This document shows positions 59,614 to 64,000 of a DNA stretch of 64,000 nt, piece after piece. How positions within the stretch are numbered: position 1 is the first letter of the stretch; each line of letters starts with the position of its first letter. The notes below the pieces were generated by a model. That model was given only the letters and a program-made list of their open reading frames with translations. It made no database searches and was not told the DNA's origin. The position numbers and the translations under genes were made by a program. The stretch spans positions 96,001 through 160,000 of IMG/VR virus record IMGVR_UViG_3300013713_000001; one strand, given 5' to 3'. The DNA comes from a virus. Taxonomy: Duplodnaviria; Caudoviricetes.

Positions 59614-61467
59614 ATGACTCAAAGCACTGCAGCACTCTTATATCCGGTTACTGAAAACACATCGCCTATCATTGCCAAGGTCTGTAAAAACGCCACGTAT
59701 TCGATGAGCAAGTTGGGTAAAGAAGACCTGACCGCTGTTAAGATCACCAATATTCATGAAGACCAGACCCGCAGTGATTCGTTTATTGCCATCAAGAACT
59801 ACAAGCAACCTGTTTGGTTAGTTAAACCCGAGCGTCGGTTATTCGAACAACATAAAGACTACATTGAGATGTCGGCGGTTCGGGAGTACCGTCTTCCTCG
59901 GTGTCAGATCCCGTTCATGGTCAAGAAGCAGCTCTTTGGTGCACTTGATCACGGAGCGAAGATACAGGACATTGTTAACAACCAATATGTCTTTGGTTTG
60001 GACCAGACACCACCGGTCCACATCAAGTACGCCTTCTTCAAGAAGTACGGGGAGTACCAGGAAAAGGAACCGTACTCGGTCGCCTCGTTTGACGTTGAAG
60101 CCGACATGGAATGGGAAGACGACGCCACCCGTCCAATGATCATGGCCGCATTGACCATGAAGGACAAAGCGTACTTTGCAGGGGTCCGTAAGTTCTACAA
60201 GGAGGAGAACGGTCGTCAACCGAGTGATGAAGAAATCATTCGTCGACTAAAAGAGTCAGAAGACAAGTACCTTGCAAAACACAAGGTCGAGCGTAATGCT
60301 CACAACATTGTGTATGAGCTCTTTGATACACCGGGTCAGGTTGCGAAAGCCATGCTTGACATGTTCCACCACTGGGGACCTGACTGGGTCACGAGCTGGA
60401 ACGCCGAGTACGACATGAAAGCCATGGAACGGGCGCTGGATGCAGAGGGGTACAACCTTGATGACGTCTACTGCGACCCAAGTATTCCTCAGGAGTTTCG
60501 TTTCTACAAGCTTGACCTCGGTCGGACTCACAAGATCAAGGAGGACGGTAGCAGCAGTCCGTTGGACCCTCAAGAGAAGTGGCCGACGGTGCGCTGTATG
60601 GCCAAGTGGAAGTGGGTTGACTACATGTCCTTCTTCTGCATTAAGCGTCAGCCTGTCGACGGCAAGCAGCCTGACACGTCTCTGGAAGGTTGTGCTAAGG
60701 CAGTAGGGGTAAGCGGTAAGCTCTACACTGAAGAGGGTGCTCACCTGCTCCCAGGAACACCTCAGTGGCACCGTTACATGCAGAAGAAGTATCCCTACTT
60801 GTACTCCAGTTATTGCATCTGTGACAACTGGGTTATTGAGTACATTAACGATAAGACAAATGACTTGACCCTGTCGTTGGGGATGTTGTTGAAGTATTCG
60901 GAGTTCTTTAACTATGCATCGCAGCCTAAGGTTATCTCGGACACGATCAGCTTTGTAGCCCGGGATAATGGCTTTGCATGGGGCAGTACTCCTCGTAAGC
61001 GGGATACCAGCTTTACTGAGCAGATGCAGAGCCTTAAGAACTGGATTGCGCTCCTCGACACTGAGAAGAACGCAACCGTGGGTTATACACTCTTTGAAGG
61101 GCTCTCTGACGTGTACAGTCAGGGTCGGCGGATGAACGACGACATTGACGTAGAGGGCGCGTATCCTCACGGTGGTTTAGCAGGTAACGTTAGTAACCGC
61201 ACCACCCAGTTGGAAACTCTCCAGATCCAGGGTGCTGATGCTAACAAGTTCAGGGAGATTGGTGTTAACTTTGCCAGCAGCGCAGAGGCCAACGCTATTG
61301 GACTGTGTCACTCACTGTTCAACTTCCCGGAAGCCGATAAACTGAAAGAGACCTTTGAACGTATCCTGAAAGAGCAGGGTAAAGAAGAACTGCTGCAAGA
61401 GATCCAATCCGGCAAGAAACCTCGTAAGACCTTTAGCAACAAAGAGTTCTTTAACGAAGCTGCTTAA
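59614..61467 (+). CDS. Split family-B DNA polymerase subunit with 3'-5' exonuclease (phiKZ gp82-like)
   Basis: ExoI FDVEAD, ExoII WNAEYD, ExoIII YCICD, and motif A-like DIDVEGAYP; lacks motifs B and C. Confidence 0.8.
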   Translation: MTQSTAALLYPVTENTSPIIAKVCKNATYSMSKLGKEDLTAVKITNIHEDQTRSDSFIAIKNYKQPVWLVKPERRLFEQHKDYIEMSAVREYRLPRCQIPFMVKKQLFGALDHGAKIQDIVNNQYVFGLDQTPPVHIKYAFFKKYGEYQEKEPYSVASFDVEADMEWEDDATRPMIMAALTMKDKAYFAGVRKFYKEENGRQPSDEEIIRRLKESEDKYLAKHKVERNAHNIVYELFDTPGQVAKAMLDMFHHWGPDWVTSWNAEYDMKAMERALDAEGYNLDDVYCDPSIPQEFRFYKLDLGRTHKIKEDGSSSPLDPQEKWPTVRCMAKWKWVDYMSFFCIKRQPVDGKQPDTSLEGCAKAVGVSGKLYTEEGAHLLPGTPQWHRYMQKKYPYLYSSYCICDNWVIEYINDKTNDLTLSLGMLLKYSEFFNYASQPKVISDTISFVARDNGFAWGSTPRKRDTSFTEQMQSLKNWIALLDTEKNATVGYTLFEGLSDVYSQGRRMNDDIDVEGAYPHGGLAGNVSNRTTQLETLQIQGADANKFREIGVNFASSAEANAIGLCHSLFNFPEADKLKETFERILKEQGKEELLQEIQSGKKPRKTFSNKEFFNEAA

Positions 61468-61475
61468 CAGCCATA

Positions 61476-61510
61476 ACCCCTACCCCAGCCCGCAAGGCTG
61501 GGGTAGGGGT
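61476..61510. terminator. Bidirectional hairpin, TACCCTAC family
   Basis: ACCCCTACCCCAGCC-CGCAA-GGCTGGGGTAGGGGT, near-copy of 55451. Confidence 0.8.
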
Positions 61511-61523
61511 ACAGGTTTGCTAC

Positions 61524-62561
61524 TTAGTAGCCAAAGGCTTTGTTACCAGCTTTCAACAGCGATTTGCACGCAGCGATCAGTTCTTTGCTGACCCGGGCCA
61601 GGGCGCCGATGCAGGTAAGGCCGTGTTTCAATGGCGGGATACCTTTCTTGGCTTCCGCATCGTCACCGGACTCGATCTGCTTCAGTGCTTTATCCAGATG
61701 CCCTTTGAGCGCTACGAGGTCCTTGTAGCTGTCCTCGGTCATGTCGAGGTTCTGGTTGACCAAGGTGTAGCAGTCCTTCATGTCGGCTACCGAGCCGCTG
61801 TCTTTCGCGTTACGGAACCGAGAAGCCAACGTATCGACTTCAGCACGGAAACGCTTGGCGTCCGAGGCCAGAGCTTGGTGGAGCTCGTCACCTGGATGAC
61901 TCTGCGAAGCTTCCAGAATGGTGCCGTAGGCGCGCGACATCAGTTCCAGGTGCTTGGTAACGTCACCGAGCTTCTTCTTGAAGGTGTTTTGCGAACGCTT
62001 GTTCAGCTTGGGCAGTTCGCGCCCGATCATCAGAACGGCTTTCTTCTTCTCGGGCTGGCTGGCCTTCATGGCTTCGTCAGCTTCTTTCAGGATCTGATCG
62101 AGAGCGGACTTGTTCACGTCGGGTTCATGGGTCAGCGCCAGGGCCACTTTGCGCAGGTTCGTCAGCGCTTTAGTGGTTTCCTGTTCGGTGCTACCACCGG
62201 TTTCGATGACCTTCAGAACTTCAGCAGCTTCTTTCACTTCTTCCTTCGCTTCGGTGAGCAGCTTGGGCGCGTCACGCTTGAGGAAGAAGTCCCAGATCGA
62301 GGTGAACATCTTCTTGATGTAGGCAATGGCGGCCTTGAAACCATCACCGACCTTACCCATGAAGCCTTCCTGACCGACTTGGTTACGACGAACGTAACCG
62401 TTGGCAACCAGCACCGAGCCGAGGTACACCTGGGCAGAGGTCAGGCTTTCGGTCCCCGCAACCTGGTTCAGGGAATCGCTCATCCCGTCCAGGATTTCAC
62501 TGACGTGCTCCGGCTCAGGAATCCCCGTGTCCAGATCGTCTTCGAACATTTCTTCATTCAT
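61524..62561 (-). CDS. Internal head protein paralogue
   Basis: VAGTESLTSAQVYL...VGQE/GFMGKVGDGFKAAIAYIKKMFTSIWDFF. Confidence 0.7.
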   Translation of the reverse strand: MNEEMFEDDLDTGIPEPEHVSEILDGMSDSLNQVAGTESLTSAQVYLGSVLVANGYVRRNQVGQEGFMGKVGDGFKAAIAYIKKMFTSIWDFFLKRDAPKLLTEAKEEVKEAAEVLKVIETGGSTEQETTKALTNLRKVALALTHEPDVNKSALDQILKEADEAMKASQPEKKKAVLMIGRELPKLNKRSQNTFKKKLGDVTKHLELMSRAYGTILEASQSHPGDELHQALASDAKRFRAEVDTLASRFRNAKDSGSVADMKDCYTLVNQNLDMTEDSYKDLVALKGHLDKALKQIESGDDAEAKKGIPPLKHGLTCIGALARVSKELIAACKSLLKAGNKAFGY

Positions 62562-62573
62562 CGCGAGGGTTCC

Positions 62574-63581
62574 TTAGATACCGTAGACTTTGCCGACAGA
62601 CGTGCTGACCGACTTCATGTGGGTGAGGGTGCGCTTCAGGAGGCCCGAATAACGCGCGGCGGATTTCACGAACAGCTGGAGGGCCTTGAGGTTTTCCTCG
62701 CCGGCTTTCTTCTGCTCGTCGCTGGCCGAACCGTTGCCGTCGAGCTTCGACAGGTTGTCGATCATACCCTGGACGCGGGATTCGGTGGCGCCGGAGGCTT
62801 CGAGTGCACGGTCGATGATCTTCACGTGGTCTTTCAGCGAACCGAGGGTCGCTTCAGCCGCCTTGATGTCAGCCAGTTCGCGAATGCCTTTCAGGGTGTT
62901 GATGAGGGACTGGGTGCCCGACACGCCACCTTTGACACCGGAGGCCCAGGCCACGTAGGTGCTGTCGCCGCTTTTCTTGGCTTCGGTTTCGACCTCAGCA
63001 GCGAGCTTCACTTCGCCTTCCAGCGACTCGACGAGTTGAGCGATCTTCACGACCATCGCCTTTTGAGCTTTGTCGTTCGACTTACCCACTTCTTTCGAGA
63101 GGGTGGTCAGTTCTGCCAGGCTGGTGGCATCGCTGATCTTCTGGACGAGTTCTTTCGACTCGCTGGCCGCGCGCTTCAGACCTGCCTTGACCTTTTCAGG
63201 TTCCTGCAGTTCTTTCACGGTTTCGGTGATGCTGGCAGCGACCGCCTTGCTTTCTTCAGGACCCTGCTTCTTGAAGAAGAAGCCCCAGATGCTCTTGAAC
63301 ATCTTCTTGATGTACTCGATCGCCTTGCTGGCGCCGGCCTTGACGTTGCTGAAGAAGCTCTCAGCACCGGAAACCGATTCAGCGTAGCTCAGGCCACCCG
63401 AAGCGCTCAGCACGCCGTGCAGGTAGATCTGGGCGGTGGTGAGGCTTTCGGTACCGGCGATGGCGTTGACAGTGTCGCTCAGGGCAGTGAAGACCAGGCC
63501 AACGTGACCGGTTTCGGGTGCCACGAACTCTTCGTTGTCGTCGAGGATGATGTCGTCTTGCATTGCGTTTTCCTGACTCAT
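62574..63581 (-). CDS. Internal head protein paralogue (tandem duplicate of 61524..62561)
   Basis: IAGTESLTTAQIYL...VSGAE/SFFSNVKAGASKAIEYIKKMFKSIWGFFF. Confidence 0.7.
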   Translation of the reverse strand: MSQENAMQDDIILDDNEEFVAPETGHVGLVFTALSDTVNAIAGTESLTTAQIYLHGVLSASGGLSYAESVSGAESFFSNVKAGASKAIEYIKKMFKSIWGFFFKKQGPEESKAVAASITETVKELQEPEKVKAGLKRAASESKELVQKISDATSLAELTTLSKEVGKSNDKAQKAMVVKIAQLVESLEGEVKLAAEVETEAKKSGDSTYVAWASGVKGGVSGTQSLINTLKGIRELADIKAAEATLGSLKDHVKIIDRALEASGATESRVQGMIDNLSKLDGNGSASDEQKKAGEENLKALQLFVKSAARYSGLLKRTLTHMKSVSTSVGKVYGI

Positions 63582-63591
63582 GGTCTTTTCC

Positions 63592-64000
63592 TTACGTGTT
63601 CTGGAGATTGTGGAAATAGGTGGAGATGTTGACGCCGCCCTTCTCGCTGAAGTTCGACACGAAAAGGTTGACGTCGATCAAACTGTCCAACTTGTAACGG
63701 ATGTTCCAGTTCAAGGCGACGCGAGTCAGGAAGGAGATATAGACGGTGTACTTACGAACCTTCTCCTTGTCGTACGATTCCGACAGCCCGCCCATGTGCC
63801 GCAGCAGCTTGCCAGAGCGAATGGCTTCGGCATTGGCGCGCAGTTGGGTCAGCAGGTAGTCGGTAAAGACCACGTACTTCTCGAAGTCCAGTTCGAGACT
63901 TGCCAGAACGGTGTTGATGAAACCACCTTGTTCGTTGGCGCGTTCCTCGCGGTCAGCCAGACCTTTGTCACCTACAGTAAACTCCAGGTGCTGGGCGATG
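63592..64000 (-). CDS. Hypothetical protein, 5' end outside the window
   Basis: Frame is open to the window edge (IAQHLEFTVGDKGLADREERANEQGGFINTVLASLELDFEKYVVFTDYLL...), longer than the 93-aa track call. Confidence 0.65.
   Translation of the reverse strand, partial: IAQHLEFTVGDKGLADREERANEQGGFINTVLASLELDFEKYVVFTDYLLTQLRANAEAIRSGKLLRHMGGLSESYDKEKVRKYTVYISFLTRVALNWNIRYKLDSLIDVNLFVSNFSEKGGVNISTYFHNLQNT

Noticed and set aside
11987-61510. Palindromic repeats as CRISPR repeats or IS ends
   Set aside because: They are dispersed singletons with no spacers, cas genes or transposase.
1-64000. Stop-codon recoding, introns/inteins, tRNAs
   Set aside because: Genes tile densely under the standard code and I recognised no such elements by eye; tRNAscan/Infernal were not run.

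Overview
A 64-kb segment of a phiKZ-like jumbo phage genome (probably Chimalliviridae, nucleus-forming type) with a Gram-negative host. The identification rests on protein motifs and on gene order recalled from phiKZ/SPN3US; no database search was run. Left to right: paralogous tail/baseplate fibre genes; an overlapping i-/o-spanin pair facing a 2-TM holin candidate and a RuvC-like resolvase; baseplate genes and a divergent portal gene; an accessory island (20.3-24.8 kb: small paralogues, a glycine-zipper protein, two tandem HD hydrolases); a non-virion RNA polymerase beta fragment; major capsid protein; DnaB helicase; a small zincin; a long virion/head ejection-protein block; and the exonuclease-containing half of a split family-B DNA polymerase. 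Most interesting: (1) a G-x-E maturation motif in 12 head proteins, where the last site of eight of them would expose an antimicrobial-peptide-like amphipathic helix; (2) a membrane-embedded M48-like zinc protease with the same tag, suggesting a protease-activated, virion-delivered membrane-remodelling kit; (3) a sequence-conserved TACCYTAC hairpin at all five convergent junctions; (4) an exactly repeated 19-bp promoter-like motif. I saw no CRISPR array, tRNA, rRNA or transposase. The gp numbers given are inferences from synteny.
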